Source: Octopus sinensis | Taxonomy: Eukaryota | Length of the DNA stretch: 64,000 bases | Direction of reading: 5' to 3' | NCBI RefSeq assembly: GCF_006345805.1 | Contig: NC_043005.1 | Span: 9,548,001-9,612,000 of the forward strand | Shown: in pieces, positions 12,378 through 25,400 of the stretch | How the letters are laid out: each line of letters starts with the position of its first letter | Position numbering within the stretch: the first letter of the stretch is position 1 | Made by a program: the position numbers and the translations under genes | Notes under the pieces: generated by a model | What the model was told of the DNA's origin: nothing | Database searches by the model: none | Seen by the model: the letters and a program-made list of their open reading frames with translations, nothing else

Positions 12378-12560
12378 GCTTTAGTAGATAGTATAAGATA
12401 GTATAAGATAGTATAAGATAGTAGATATTATAAGATAGCTTTAGTAGTATAAGATAGTATAAGATAGTATAATATAGCTTTAGTAGTATAAGATAGTATA
12501 AGATAGTATAAGATAGCTTTAGTAGTATAAGATAGTATAAGATAGCTTTAGTAGATAGTA
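12378..12560. repeat. (TAGTATAAGA)n minisatellite with TAGCTTTAG interruptions
   Basis: Directly visible 10-bp periodicity. Confidence 0.9.
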
Positions 12561-12770
12561 GATATATAAAGGATGAAAGAAAGATGGGTGTGTATTTTCT
12601 ATTGTAATTTGTGTTTTTAAATCTTAGTTGGGCAGAGATGAAGATATTAGCCCGAAATAATTTCTGAGTAGGAAATCTCCATGTGAACAGTGACAACAGC
12701 AATAATGATAATAAGGAACAATAAGGAAGAACAAAAAAAAAAACAACCTTAAAAGAAATATGAAAATAAA

Positions 12771-13365
12771 GGCGGTGAGATGGCAGAAAGGTTAGCACGC
12801 CGGGCGAAATGTGTAGCCGTATTTCGTCTGCCGTTAAGTTCTGAGTTCAAATTCCGCCGAGGTCGACTTTGCCTTTCATCCTTTCGGGGTCGATATAATC
12901 GACTTAATCACTTTGTCTGTCCTTGTTCGTCCCCTCTGTGTAGCCCCTTGTGGGTAGTAAAGAAGTAGGTATTTCGTCTGCCGTTAAGTTCTGAGTTCAA
13001 ATTCCGCCGAGGTCGACTTTGCCTTTCATCCTTTCGGGGTTGATTAAATAAGTACCAGTTACGCACTGGAGTCGATGTAATCGTCTTAATCCGTTTGTCT
13101 GTCCTTGTTTGTCCGCTCTGTGTGTAGCCTCTGGTGGGTAGTAAAGAAATAAGAAACGTTAGCACGCCGGCGAAATGTTTAGCGGTATTCGTCTGTTGTT
13201 ACGTTCTGAGTTCAATTTTCGCCGAGGTCGACTTCGCCTTTTATCCTTTCGGGGTCGATAAATTAAGTACCAGTTTCGCACTGGGGTCGATGTAATCGAC
13301 TTAATCCCTTTGTCTGTCCTTGTTTGTCACCTCTGTGTTTAGTCCCCTGTGGGCAATATAGAAAT
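12771..13365 (+). mobile_element. SINE family B trimer
   Basis: Units start at 12771, ~12969 and 13153. Flanked by a 17-bp TSD with 1 mismatch (12753-12769 / 13366-13382). Confidence 0.9.
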
Positions 13366-13398
13366 AAGAAATATAAAAATAATATTTAAAGAATATTA

Positions 13399-13563
13399 GG
13401 CGCAGGGGTGACTGTGTGGTAAGTAGCTTGCTAACCAACCACATGGTTCCGGGTTCAGTCCCACTGAGTGGTATCTTGGGCAAGTGTCTTCTGCTATAGC
13501 CCCGGGCTGACCAATGCCTTGTGAGTGGATTTTGTAGACGGAAACCGAAAGAAGCCTGTCGTA

Positions 13564-13618
<55 letters not shown>

Positions 13619-13831
13619 TTTTGCGTGTCTGTGTTTGTCCCCCTAGCATTGCTTGACAACCGATGCTGGTGTGTTTATGTCCCCGTTACTTAGCGGTTCG
13701 GCAAAAGAGACCGATAGAATAAGTACTGGGCTTTCAAAAGAATAAGTCCCGAGGTCGATTTGCTCGATTAAAGGCGGTGCTCCAGCATGGCCGCAGTCAA
13801 ATGACTGAAACGAATAAAAGAGTAAAAGAGT
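13399..13831 (+). mobile_element. SINE family A, full length
   Basis: Complete head, CORE-like part, microsatellite and tail. Confidence 0.9.
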
Positions 13832-14524
13832 AATATTCAGCTATGACAACTACAACCAGAAAAGTAATTGCTGCATCACTCAGGAAAACAATGGAAATGT
13901 CACTTGGAAAAGTAGCAAAATCAATAAGGAAAATAGTCTCGAACACATTCAAAGCACTAACTTGTGTAGTAATAGCAACAACAGTAGCAAAAACTACGAC
14001 CAAAGAACGGCAGCAACCAGAAATATACTAACATTGCCGAAATATAACAATGAAAAGAACATGTAGCAACTACAACAACAAAGACAATAAAACAACAAAA
14101 GAAGATCAGTAATATCAAAAAAAAAATTAAAAAAATAAAAAAAGAACAGAAAGAACAATATTAGTTTTTTAAAAAATCGGCAACAGTCACAGCATGAACA
14201 AAAACAACAACAAGAATAACAAGAACAACAAAGACATCGAGAATACCATTAACGAGTGAAACTGAATCAATACAGGTCCAAAAAATAATAATAATAATAA
14301 TAATAAAGATAAAAAATGAAAAACAATGGCAAGGTAACAACAACTGCAACGAGTTAACAACAACTACAACAACAATAATAATAATAATAATAACATAACA
14401 ATAACAACACCAAAGAGAATGGAACACAACAAATGAAAGGCCAATGAAAACAAACTACGAGATAACAACAGACGATAGTGAAAATCTGAATATCATGTAT
14501 TTTTTTAACTCTTTTAAACTTTAG

Positions 14525-14560
14525 TATTATCATCACCATCATCATCATCACCATCGCCAC

Positions 14561-14622
<62 letters not shown>

Positions 14623-14768
14623 CCATCATCATCATCAACATCATCATCGTCATCATCGTTATCATCATCGTCATCATCATTATTACTATTATTGTTATTA
14701 TTATTATTATTATTATTACTATTATCATCATCATTATCATTATCATATTTATTATTGTCATCATCATC

Positions 14769-14848
<80 letters not shown>

Positions 14849-14882
14849 CATCATTATCATTATTATTATCATTATCATTATT

Positions 14883-14923
<41 letters not shown>

Positions 14924-14952
14924 CATTATTATTATTATTATTATCATTATTA

Positions 14953-14986
<34 letters not shown>

Positions 14987-15107
14987 CATTATTATTATTA
15001 TTATCATTATTATTATTATCATTATTATTATTATGATCATTATTATCATTATTATTATTATCATTATTATTATTATTATCATTATTACCATTATTATTAT
15101 TATTATC

Positions 15108-15148
<41 letters not shown>

Positions 15149-15162
15149 CATTATCATTATTA

Positions 15163-15203
<41 letters not shown>

Positions 15204-15209
15204 GTTATT
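14525..15209. repeat. Compound (ATC)n/(ATT)n microsatellite
   Basis: Direct. Explains the poly-I/M, poly-N/D and poly-L ORFs. Confidence 0.95.
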
Positions 15210-15521
15210 TAAGTGGCAAAAAACAGCAAAACAATTTCTGAATAATATCATTTACATCGTGTTTATTACACCAACATAAACTAAACATTTGATTGTATTA
15301 TTTTCGTTGTTGTTGTTGTTATTGTTGTTGTTGTTGTTGTTCATATTGTTCTTGTGGTTAGAATTGTTGATGTTTTCACTTGGGTGTCATTGTTATCTTC
15401 ATCTCCCCGTCTCATCTTTTACCTCTTCCGCTCTCCTCATCTGACTCTGCTTCGTTCTTCGTCTTCTTCTGCTTCCATTTCTTCTTCTGGTCGTCTCTAC
15501 TAATTTCTTCTTTATGTTTTA

Positions 15522-15883
15522 CTAGCAGTATCGCCCGGCGTTGCTCGGGTTTGTAAGGGAAATAACTATATAAGCATTTTTAGAGATGTAAAGTATAATA
15601 GCCATCTCAATATGGTTAACCACAAAGGGGGGGTGTTACTGTAGCTTTTTACGTTCTGAGATTTAATAATAAAGTTTTAGAGAGTTATTTCCCTTATATA
15701 TGCCAAAAATGCATTAAAAATGGGAAAAATTGATGGTAATTTTTTTTTAAATCGTAGGGCTCGATATGAATCACGACTATAAGATACCCGGTTTTGGTTA
15801 AACTGCACCGCAAAATGTGGGAGTAGTTAGGAATCTAAATCGTAGGAGACAGACAGACACACAACCTCTCTTATATATAAAGA
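15522..15883 (-). mobile_element. Non-autonomous Helitron with ~32-bp internal deletion
   Basis: Same TC and hairpin-CTAG termini as 8608-9007. Lacks GACTCATCGTAGACGCGCGCTAATACCCAGAA. Confidence 0.85.
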
Positions 15884-16152
15884 TTACTGCTGTTTATTAG
15901 ATTTTCGTCCTGAAGCTTCATCATTATCATCATCACCATCATCACCATCACCATCACCACTACGACCACAATCATCACCACCAGCACTACCACCACCACC
16001 ACCACCTCGATCACAAACATCATCACCACCACCACCACCACCACCATCATCATCCACACCACTATCCTCATCATCACCACCATCATCATCACCACCACCA
16101 TCATCCTCATCATCATCATCTTCTTCTGCTGCTACTACTACTACTACTACTA

Positions 16153-16183
<31 letters not shown>

Positions 16184-16632
16184 GCTACTGCTGCTGCCAT
16201 TGCTCTTCCTCGTTCTCTTCCCTTTGCAATCTTGGGTCAAAAGAAGTGGAAGACTTGGACGCCTTGCATCTGGAATATTGACAAGTATTCACAGATTTCT
16301 GCAAGTCGGACAATGCGTTCGCTAAAACTTCTACATTAGCATTCCAAACAAGACTAGCGTTAGGGTAGAGCGACGACGTTCTGTGGAGAATCTTAGACGC
16401 CGAAAATAAACAGCGGTATAATCTGTTCCAATGAACCTTAGTTTTGAAGGCGACGACCCCAAATCTCCGGCAATCCTGTTTTGAGACAAACTCTTCTCCT
16501 TCGTTCCCCCACATACATACATTATATTTCCAATGAAAAACGAAAGACACCACAAAACGAAGTCACATAATTAGCTCCATATGAATATATAATTAGAAAA
16601 TAAAACATGCAAATATATTTTAGTTTTCTAAA

Positions 16633-18400
16633 GTTTTACTTCCTGATCTTGGTGCACAAAGCTATGATTATCTCAGATCTGTAGAAGACGAATCTTTGCC
16701 TAAAATCAAGGAGATACGAAATCATATTAAAAATAAGGCTTATAGCCATACGTTCACACTATTACTTCAAATGTAATGTAGATATAGATCAGGTCCAAAC
16801 TTGTGTTGAGAGCAAATATTTTGTTAAGAAGTGTCAAGTTTCAGCCGGCAAAATATATGGCGGTATATAAGATAAAGTCGTGACTGAAATTAGAACATGG
16901 AAATGCTTACAAGAACCTAGTGTACATTTTGAACAAAGACCAATGAGCAAGAAATCATTCCTGCCAACATTGTTCACTAACGTTTTATTGTACATGTTGT
17001 TATCTGTTCCGACGAGGGCACCCTAGGGCTAAACGTTGTAAATAGAGAGGATTTATTAAAGTATAGCTTATTAAAATGTATAGAGCTGCTGTGTGGTAAG
17101 AAGCTCGCTTGACAACCACATGATTTAACGTTCAGTCCCACTGCGTGGCACCTTGGGCAAGTGTCTTCTACAATAGCCTCGGGCCGACCAAAGCCCTGTG
17201 GGTCGATTTGGTAAACGGAAACTGAAAGAAGCCCGTCGTATAGATGTATATCTGTAAGTAATTGTGTGTCTATGTTTGCCCCCCTCCCCATGATCTCTTG
17301 ATAACCGAATTTGTTGTGGTTACATCCCCGTAAATTAGCGGTTCGGCAAAAGATACCGATAGAATAAATATTAGTCTTACAAAGAATAAGACCTGCGTAG
17401 ATTTGTTCGACTAAAGGCTGTTCTTCAGCATGACCGCAGCCAAATGACTGAAAGGAGTAAAAAAAAAAATAAAGAATAAAAGAATATATCTTCCTAAAAA
17501 CAACAAGCATCACATATTAATGCGCAACAAGGACGAGTATACCGCTATCTTTCAGACAGAAGGCAGAATATTTAACCGCTTATTCAAATTGTATTGGACA
17601 GAAAAGAGTGCCTGCAATGTAGATCTCTGGCTTCTGATTGAACTAACCTCTGTAACTAAACAATACTTAATTATGATTGGTGGAGTCTCAGTGTTACACA
17701 TATTTTCCCTAAATGTCATTGACGAATACCTACAAGATATTATTAGACATCTTGGGCAGAGGATCATCCGACTTCTTGGAGTCTTCAAACACGCTTTGCT
17801 TACACATCTACTGGTCAATATTTAGTACTTCCAGCAGTGAATTTCGAAGAACTTCAAATTGTATATCGAACTGTTTCAGTACGAATCCAATCACTTGAAA
17901 ATAACAATGCGCAGTTACTCGATACAATGTGAAATAATACAGCGGAGAACCTATCATGTGTGATTCGCTCACTTCAAAACCTAGGCCAGGCACTCTTTAA
18001 ATATAAACTATTTCTGTATAGATAAATTAGTAAATAATATGCAATTAGATGTTGAACGCTTCGTTACTGGACAACTGATCACATTCACTTGCTTTGAAAT
18101 GCCTAAATTTGAAAATTGGCCATTTGTCATGTTTTTGTATAATCTATGGTTTAAGAAGATCTTGATAACGAAAGCAGACTCAAGGTACTCGATCATCATC
18201 AAAACAGCATTAGATCTTTGATTACCCATACCTTAATTGGACGAAGAAAATGGTATCAATATTCAGAAATATATAATGAAAAGGATTTAGCTTTCACTAC
18301 GTTTAACATATTCGAAAGCAAAAGTTCCGGTCTTTGAATAAAGTTGGAATGTATTTACAGCAGTCTCTATCTATTAGGAAAGCAACTGATACACTAACAA
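16633..18400 (+). pseudogene. Possible decayed coding sequence of unknown family, interrupted by a SINE
   Basis: Successive non-repetitive open runs of 40-100 codons with protein-like composition. No motif recognised. Confidence 0.25.
17082..17480 (+). mobile_element. SINE family A, diverged copy
   Basis: All family A modules are recognisable, with many substitutions. Confidence 0.8.
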
Positions 18401-18468
18401 CCAAATGAAACTTTGAGAAAAGACTAAGAACAAAATCATGTGTACAGCGGGCTTCTTGAGTAAATATT

Positions 18469-18675
18469 CTTTTCTACTCTAGGCACAAGGCCCGAAATTT
18501 GGTGGTAGAGGGGTCAGTCGATTAGGTCGATCCCAATATGCAACTGGTCCTTAATTTATCGAACCCAAAAGAATAAACGGCAAAGTCAACTTTGGTGGAA
18601 TTTGAACTCAGAATGTAAAGACAAATGCAATACCGGTAAGCATTTCGCTAACGTGTCCGCCAGCTCGCCAACTTA
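18469..18675 (-). mobile_element. SINE family B with B' tail
   Basis: B head and body, tail GGGCCTTGTGCCTAGAGTAGAAAAG, perfect 15-bp TSD TCTTGAGTAAATATT (18454-18468 / 18676-18690). Confidence 0.85.
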
Positions 18676-18824
18676 TCTTGAGTAAATATTGTATACAGTT
18701 TAGCCGGTAACCCATACACCAGCATTTTCTAATCTTATTAACTGACTTTCGAATGTTCTACTCAATTTATAGCATGTGTTTGTAAATTATGCTTAATATC
18801 CATTGAGCTCTAATTTTTTTCTTA

Positions 18825-19038
18825 GGAAGGGAGCTGGCAGAACTGGTAGCACGCCAGGCAAAATGCTTAGCAACATTTGGTGTGTTAACGTTCAAGCTCC
18901 ACCGTGGTCGATTTTGTCTTTCATCATTTCGGGGTCGATAAAATAAAATAACCAAGTTGAGCGCTGTGGGTCGATGTAATCAACTTATTCCCTCTCCTAA
19001 AATTGCTGGCTTTGTGCCAAGATTTGAACCCAATATTC
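18825..19038 (+). mobile_element. SINE family B with B'' tail
   Basis: B-like head and body, tail AAATTGCTGGCTTTGTGCCAAGATTTGAACCCAATATT. Confidence 0.8.
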
Positions 19039-19214
19039 TTTGGATTTTTTTTTTTTTTTTCGTCTTCATGATCTCCCACAAAACTTTCAATATCCTCAAC
19101 CTGTTGTTTAATACATTGAAACAATTTTGAAGATATATAAATTTATGCGTCAAAATACAAATTTCGTAATAAATATAAGATTTTCACAGCTCCCGCTATT
19201 TATTATCAATAGTT

Positions 19215-19600
19215 AATATGCGGTAATGGTTAGCAACCCGGACAAAATACTCTTCAGCATTTTGTCCTTTATGTTCTGTGTTCAAATTCGGCCGTGGTCT
19301 ACTTTGACTTTTATCCTTCGGGGTCGATGAAATAAGTTCCAGTGGGACACTGGAGTCAAAGTAATCTACTTACCGCCTCATTCAAAATTGCTGGTCTTGT
19401 GCCAAGATGTGAAACCAATATTAATGTTTATAATGAAGGCCATATGCTTAGCGAGATTTCGTTCGTCTTTATGTTCGGAGTTCAAATTCCACCGAGGTCA
19501 ATTTTGACTTTCATCCTTCGGGGTCAATAAAATAAGTTCCAGTTGAGAACTGGGGGGTCAATATAATCGATGCATAATCCCACCCCTACAAATTGCTTAC
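19215..19600 (+). mobile_element. Two adjacent degenerate SINE B/B'' copies
   Basis: GTTCAAATTC boxes at ~19281 and ~19481, each followed by CCTTCGGGGTC. Confidence 0.65.
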
Positions 19601-20397
19601 CTTGTATCAACATTTCCAACCGAAACTTTTGCATTGTGGAAATTTTACGACTAACTCATACACCTCACAATTATCGGTCTTATATTTATGTTAGAAAACT
19701 ATTATTATCACGTCCATCTCTTGAAAGTTTCGGGCTCCAATACCTCTGGGTCCAATTTGCCTTTCATCTGCCAAATTAGCTAAAATCAAATATCATTCCA
19801 TGACGTCGAATGAACTGACAACTTACCATTAACATTTTTGTCTTATGTTGGAAATTATTATTTTTTTTTTCTGATGGCATTTAGATAAATTAAATAGATT
19901 AGCTTGCAGTCTTGAAATAATATATCTACGCAGTGATTTCGAATATTCCGAAGACTTTGCCTTTCATCCATGAAAGATACAGTGTATGCCAGTCAATTAT
20001 TGGTGTTCTTGAAATCAACTAATTTTATACTACGGAATTTATGACTGTGCTTTTGATAGAAATTCTTTTTAAAGGTAGTGGATTGCAAAGCATTTGCATG
20101 ATGTAAATGTAATATTAAGCTGACATACATACCACGCTAGATCAACTCCCCTCACAATCGAACTGGTAAAGGATTTTATCAATTAGGGGCTAAAACGCTT
20201 ACTGTGATTAAGTCTGAAATGCAAAGTGGACTGGATTTTTATAAATCTGCCAAAATCGGATGTAGTCACGAGAAGTGGGAAACGTTCCAATCAACTGCTA
20301 AAATGTAAGAATGCCGATGTATATATCTGTGCACCTTCATGAACACCTTTCTCTCTCTCTCTCTCTCTCTCTCTCATTTCCCTTCCTATATATATAA

Positions 20398-20440
<43 letters not shown>

Positions 20441-20446
20441 ATACTA

Positions 20447-20848
20447 TTTTACTCTTTTACTTGTTTCAGTCATTTGACTGCGGCCATGCTGCCTTTTGTC
20501 GAGCAAATCGAGCCCAGGACTTATTCTTTGTAATCCTAGTACTCGTTCTGTCTCTTTTGCCGAACCGCTAAGTTACGAGGGCGTAAACACACCAGCATCG
20601 GTTGTCAAGCGATGCTGGGGAGACAAACAAAGACACACAAACATATACACACGCATACACACACACACACATATATACATATATACGACGGGCTTCTTTC
20701 AATTACTGACTGCTAAATTCACTCACAAGGCTTTGGTGGACCCGAGGCTATAGTAGAAGACACTTGCCCAAGGTGCCACGCAGTGGGCCTGAACCCGGAG
20801 CCATGTGGTTGGTAAGCAAGCTACTTACTACACAGCCATTCCTGTGCC
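20447..20848 (-). mobile_element. SINE family A
   Basis: Head, CORE-like part and tail are recognisable. Confidence 0.88.
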
Positions 20849-20917
20849 TATGTATATATATACATATATATATATAGCAAGGAAACATTGTAAAAATGCA
20901 ACCCCACCATTTATTGA

Positions 20918-20958
<41 letters not shown>

Positions 20959-20960
<2 letters not shown>

Positions 20961-21720
20961 AGTTTCAGCTCAGAGTTGCGGCCATACTGATGTACCACCG
21001 TTTTCCTACACTGTTATTACTGAGACCCTTCTCTAGTATGTGGCACTTGGCGTAGAAAGGAGTTTGGAAGCTTTCAGATCTTGACCACACGCTCTTTTGT
21101 TTAATATAAGGTACATTCTCTCATGTACCTCTCTCACGTTGATATTGTACATTGTGATCTAACACTATCAATTGTTGCTAAACTTCAGATTAGATCTGTC
21201 GAGTCTTGGTTTTGAGAATTGGGTGTGTCAGTTTTAGAAGATATGGTTGCTATATTTGGTTGTTCCGTCGACTACTTAGAGGCTCTTCCACTCATACATA
21301 TATATAGATGTATAGATGTTGTTTTCTTAGTACTGGTCACGTATATCTCTGATACGATATGACCAACCCGTGACTTACTATTCTTCCTCTATATCCAAGA
21401 ATATTTCCTGGAATGTCATCATTTTTCAGACTGCAAGTTATTTCAGTTCAGGGATATCTGATTTCCCTTTCTAGCAGTTAGAGTGAACAGTTAGAGACTT
21501 GTATGTTTCACCACCGTTATGTATTTATACAAATTACTGATTGTGCGCGCGCATCCGTCTTTGTGTGTATGGTGGTGGTATTCTAATTCAAGATAGTTTA
21601 GGCTCCTATTCCATGCAGTAACTTCTATAGTAGCTGTTTTATAGCCCGTAGTTAGCGCCAATTTTTCAAAACTATGATAAAAGCGTTTAAATCGTTACCA
21701 TACTCTCCTTTTGCCAAACA
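20959..21720 (-). mobile_element. Degenerate RTE-like LINE, 3' part
   Basis: Decayed translation KLLHGIGA*T...HTRRMRAHN resembles the RTE LLYGxETWT...YTRLLRxxLN motif. The 3' end GCTGAAACTAG runs into (AT)n. Confidence 0.5.
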
Positions 21721-21832
21721 ATGGACTGCATTATCCAACGTGTTCTGCCTTTCTAAGTACTTTACATAGCTTGAGAAAGAATTCGCTGCTAATTTTAACT
21801 GATTAAGCTACCAAATAGAGATTACAACGTTG

Positions 21833-21922
<90 letters not shown>

Positions 21923-22044
21923 GTAAGCATACATATCCATGCAGACACGCTCACATACAAACAAACAATGTCGCAAGCCGCCTTCCTCACGCACATATAC
22001 ACTCTCACATACACACGCACGCGTACCTTTGTTTTGGGATCACC

Positions 22045-22300
22045 ATTACTTTATTATCTCCCCTTCTTCTTAGTTCTCTTGTGTGACCAATCTGTCCGGG
22101 ATTCATGATAGATCGCTAGCCACTAAACCTTTTTCTATTTTCTCTCCCTGTTTATTTCTGTGTTCCTTTCCGTTGAAGAGCGTTGGCTCGAAACGTAAAA
22201 CACTTTCTCACTTCACGAGCGTTAAACTAATACATCTGTTTGTTGTTTACACACCCGTCTTCGTCTTTTGTTTTTTGTCAATTCTCACCATACATGTATA
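22045..22300 (+). mobile_element. Penelope-like terminal fragment (family P2) with degenerate hammerhead-like motif
   Basis: CCGTTGA-A-GAGC-gttg-GCTC-GAAAC-GTA at 22170-22197. Downstream GAGCGTTAAACTAATACATCTGTTTGTTG is shared with 50615-50750. Confidence 0.55.
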
Positions 22301-22317
22301 CATACATACATGTGTTA

Positions 22318-22360
<43 letters not shown>

Positions 22361-22449
22361 CGTACGCGCGCGCCATTGTGTGCCATTGTGCGTATATGTA
22401 TGTATAATCCTTAAACCTCTCTCCAATTTACTTTTCCACCCCCCATATA

Positions 22450-25400
22450 TTTTCTAAATAGATATACCCAACATTATAATTAGATAATTTTCCGGTATAT
22501 TTTAAACTTTTAATGATTTTCTTTCCTTATTTGCACTAAAAATCGTTTTAGGATATAAATTATAGAAATCAAAACAGAAATCATAACTAATTAAAATTTT
22601 CACATGATTATTGTTAGTTAATTTGATGTTCAATATTATCATTTAATTATAATATTTCGTGAATCAATTTCGATGTTCTTTGTTCCAATGGATTCCTATT
22701 ACATTCCATATCCTTAATTAATGTCATGATAATTATTGTTTTCCCACTGCGATTCTTTATTGTATACTATTGATATTTCGTATTATCTTCAATATTACCA
22801 AATTCCACACTTATTCATATCGCCAGATTTATGGCATCAGGTGTAGTGACAATGAGGTTTTTCAATTCCCAAATAATTTCCAAACCCTTCTTACAGAATT
22901 GAAAATGAGAGATTTCTCCAGCTCTGCTATCCCAGTCTCAATTTCGATGTCTAATTCTCACAAACAGCTGTTTTGGCTTGTTCTCAACATTCCCGTGACG
23001 ATAATTCACTTGCATAATCTAAACGTTTATCAGTGTTCAACCAAATCCTGGAATTTTTCATTCTGTAATTATTTTGTTATCATATGGTTTCATCTGTGCA
23101 AGAGTTTTCAAAAATCATTTTAAATCAGATATTTGGATTGGTTTCAGTACTGTATATAGATTTACTATTCCCCTCTAAATATTGTCTATTATTTCACGTT
23201 TAATATTTCTTTGCTATTTTGATACATTCTTACTGTTGGGCGTTCCATTGTCTCTGCCATATACTCAATCTTGTTGGTTTCACTTCTTTTCTTGTGATTT
23301 TAAACATTGCTTCTTTCGTTTGTTCTTGCGAAAGCGTCCTAAATGCTCTTCAGAGATATCTTTTTAGATGACTGATTAATGTCGCAACATATCATTCCAG
23401 ATTTCCATATTTTCCCTCTATTATTAATCCTTTGAGCAATAAATGCAACACAGACCTTACTTGGCCATCTAATCCGTTTTTGTCTCAAGTACATAAGAAG
23501 TGGTAAACTCTTATATGTTTCAGATATCAAAGCTTGGATTATATACAAAATTAAATTTCGAGAAAAACGACTATCATATCCATGTGACTCTGATTATCGA
23601 CGATGAATCAAATGCGTAATCTATTCAGAACAGATGGTCACCCTTCTAGCACAGGCACTGAGGACATCTTCAGAAATTCGTTGCCAAGCAGTGCTACTGT
23701 GGGACTTCATCTCGTCACTGATAAGATAAACTTTACAGGCACGGAAATGTTGCGGTCTATGCATGTCTGAGAACCAGTAATTGCATTACTTCACATAATA
23801 TCTCTGTGGTGTATCAGTAGCGACCGTGTAAATATTTTCCCTGCTTTCCGTTAACTGGAAAGGACAACCTCTTTAAACCATATATTTCCCCATTAGTTCG
23901 TTTCGGTAGCCAATATTAAATGCAATGTGACACATATTTTCATATTTTCTTCGACCGTATTTTCTATAGTTCATTCCTGCATAACTCGGAGAGAATAATG
24001 AAAATACAATTGAGATAGGGTATTGCCACTTTCCAGTGAATAAATTAAAAGTAGGTGAGAATGGCGATTGCGGCCTAATTAAATGGTCTAACCTCAGCGT
24101 CAAGCACTTGGACTGACATACAACACTTTCACACGACACACTTCCTTTCACTTTTATGAATGTTGTTCACCTAGAATCTTTCCTGGAATTAACCTGTTTC
24201 TTTATCTTTTAAATTCAAGCATTCTTTGACACAAACAACCATATTTAGAACAAAACATTTTGACATTGGACAGTTTTTTATTATTTTTTTGGTAAATTTA
24301 TTCCTCATTTTGTCGGTCATTTCTTTGCTCCATTTTTGGTTTCATCGTTTTCCTAAGAACTTATTCCCTATGTGTGTTACTATCAGATTTATAGAAATGT
24401 TTCTAAAAGTTTCAGCTCATTCCTCATAGTAACTTCTTCTGTAGATTGAACATTATATCTAATTTTGTTCTTCATTTGAAACTGAAATTTTCTGGCCATA
24501 TATTTTCCACTTGTCTGTGGTCAAAATTGTAATATGTTGAAGGCTATTCCATATTATTTCCATCAAATATTTACATGAACACAGAAATAATAGTTGATAA
24601 ACTAACCCTGCTTCACCGCATATATTCTACATATGTTGGACGCACATACTGAGCATACTACACATATATATTCTACGGTGTTACATCTACGGTTTGATCT
24701 GAATATAAAAGAACGAATACTCTAATGTATTCAAAATTTTCTTCATCACATAAAATCGCTGTGAATTTTTTTGTTGCACTAAATTGAGTGATGGCTAGTT
24801 TTTAATTCCGCACTCAGCAGCTATTTAACACTGACAAGTTTTCTTCGTACCCACTCAGCTTTTTTAATTAACTATTAATTACTGTCGATTTTGGTTACTT
24901 CAACTTGCTGCCCTGACAATCAAAAGATTTAAACGATATATTCCCCATAACTGATGTCTACCAGGAAGATAAATTCCTTCTCTATTTGCATCGGACAACT
25001 TAATCGTAGATTTTTTTCCTTATTAAATCAAGCTGGCATAATCCCAATTTATACCTCATTTTATAAGATTGTTTGTGGAGTAGGATGCTATTGATGCTGC
25101 TTAAAGATTTCTGTTCATGATGCAGTTTTAACTTGTTATCCGGCTCTGATCTGTATTGATTCTTATAGACGATCAAATTTCCCAGTGTTATTCATCATTC
25201 ATCAGTCTGATAATTTTTATGTAGGAGTTTGCATATATTTTTCTCCTTCCGTATCATTTATGAACATTTATTAAATATTACTTATTCAATATTTCCTTTA
25301 CGCACTCTTTGCTTCATTGTGCAGACCGTAAGTAGAAGTTTTATATGTTAGGAATGTAGTGGCTCTTTTGAATTATTCCTTCAATATCACATCATATATA

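Noticed and set aside
12378-12560. Regular repeat with interruptions, superficially CRISPR-like
   Set aside because: 10-bp tandem units without unique spacers, no cas genes, eukaryotic context
11470-12798. 442-aa ORF, the longest in the window, and overlapping E/G/R/K-rich ORFs
   Set aside because: Read-through of the polypurine repeat, the minisatellite and a SINE head; low complexity and no domain
14354-15251. Poly-I/M, poly-N/D and poly-L ORFs of 114-270 aa
   Set aside because: Translations of a stop-free trinucleotide microsatellite
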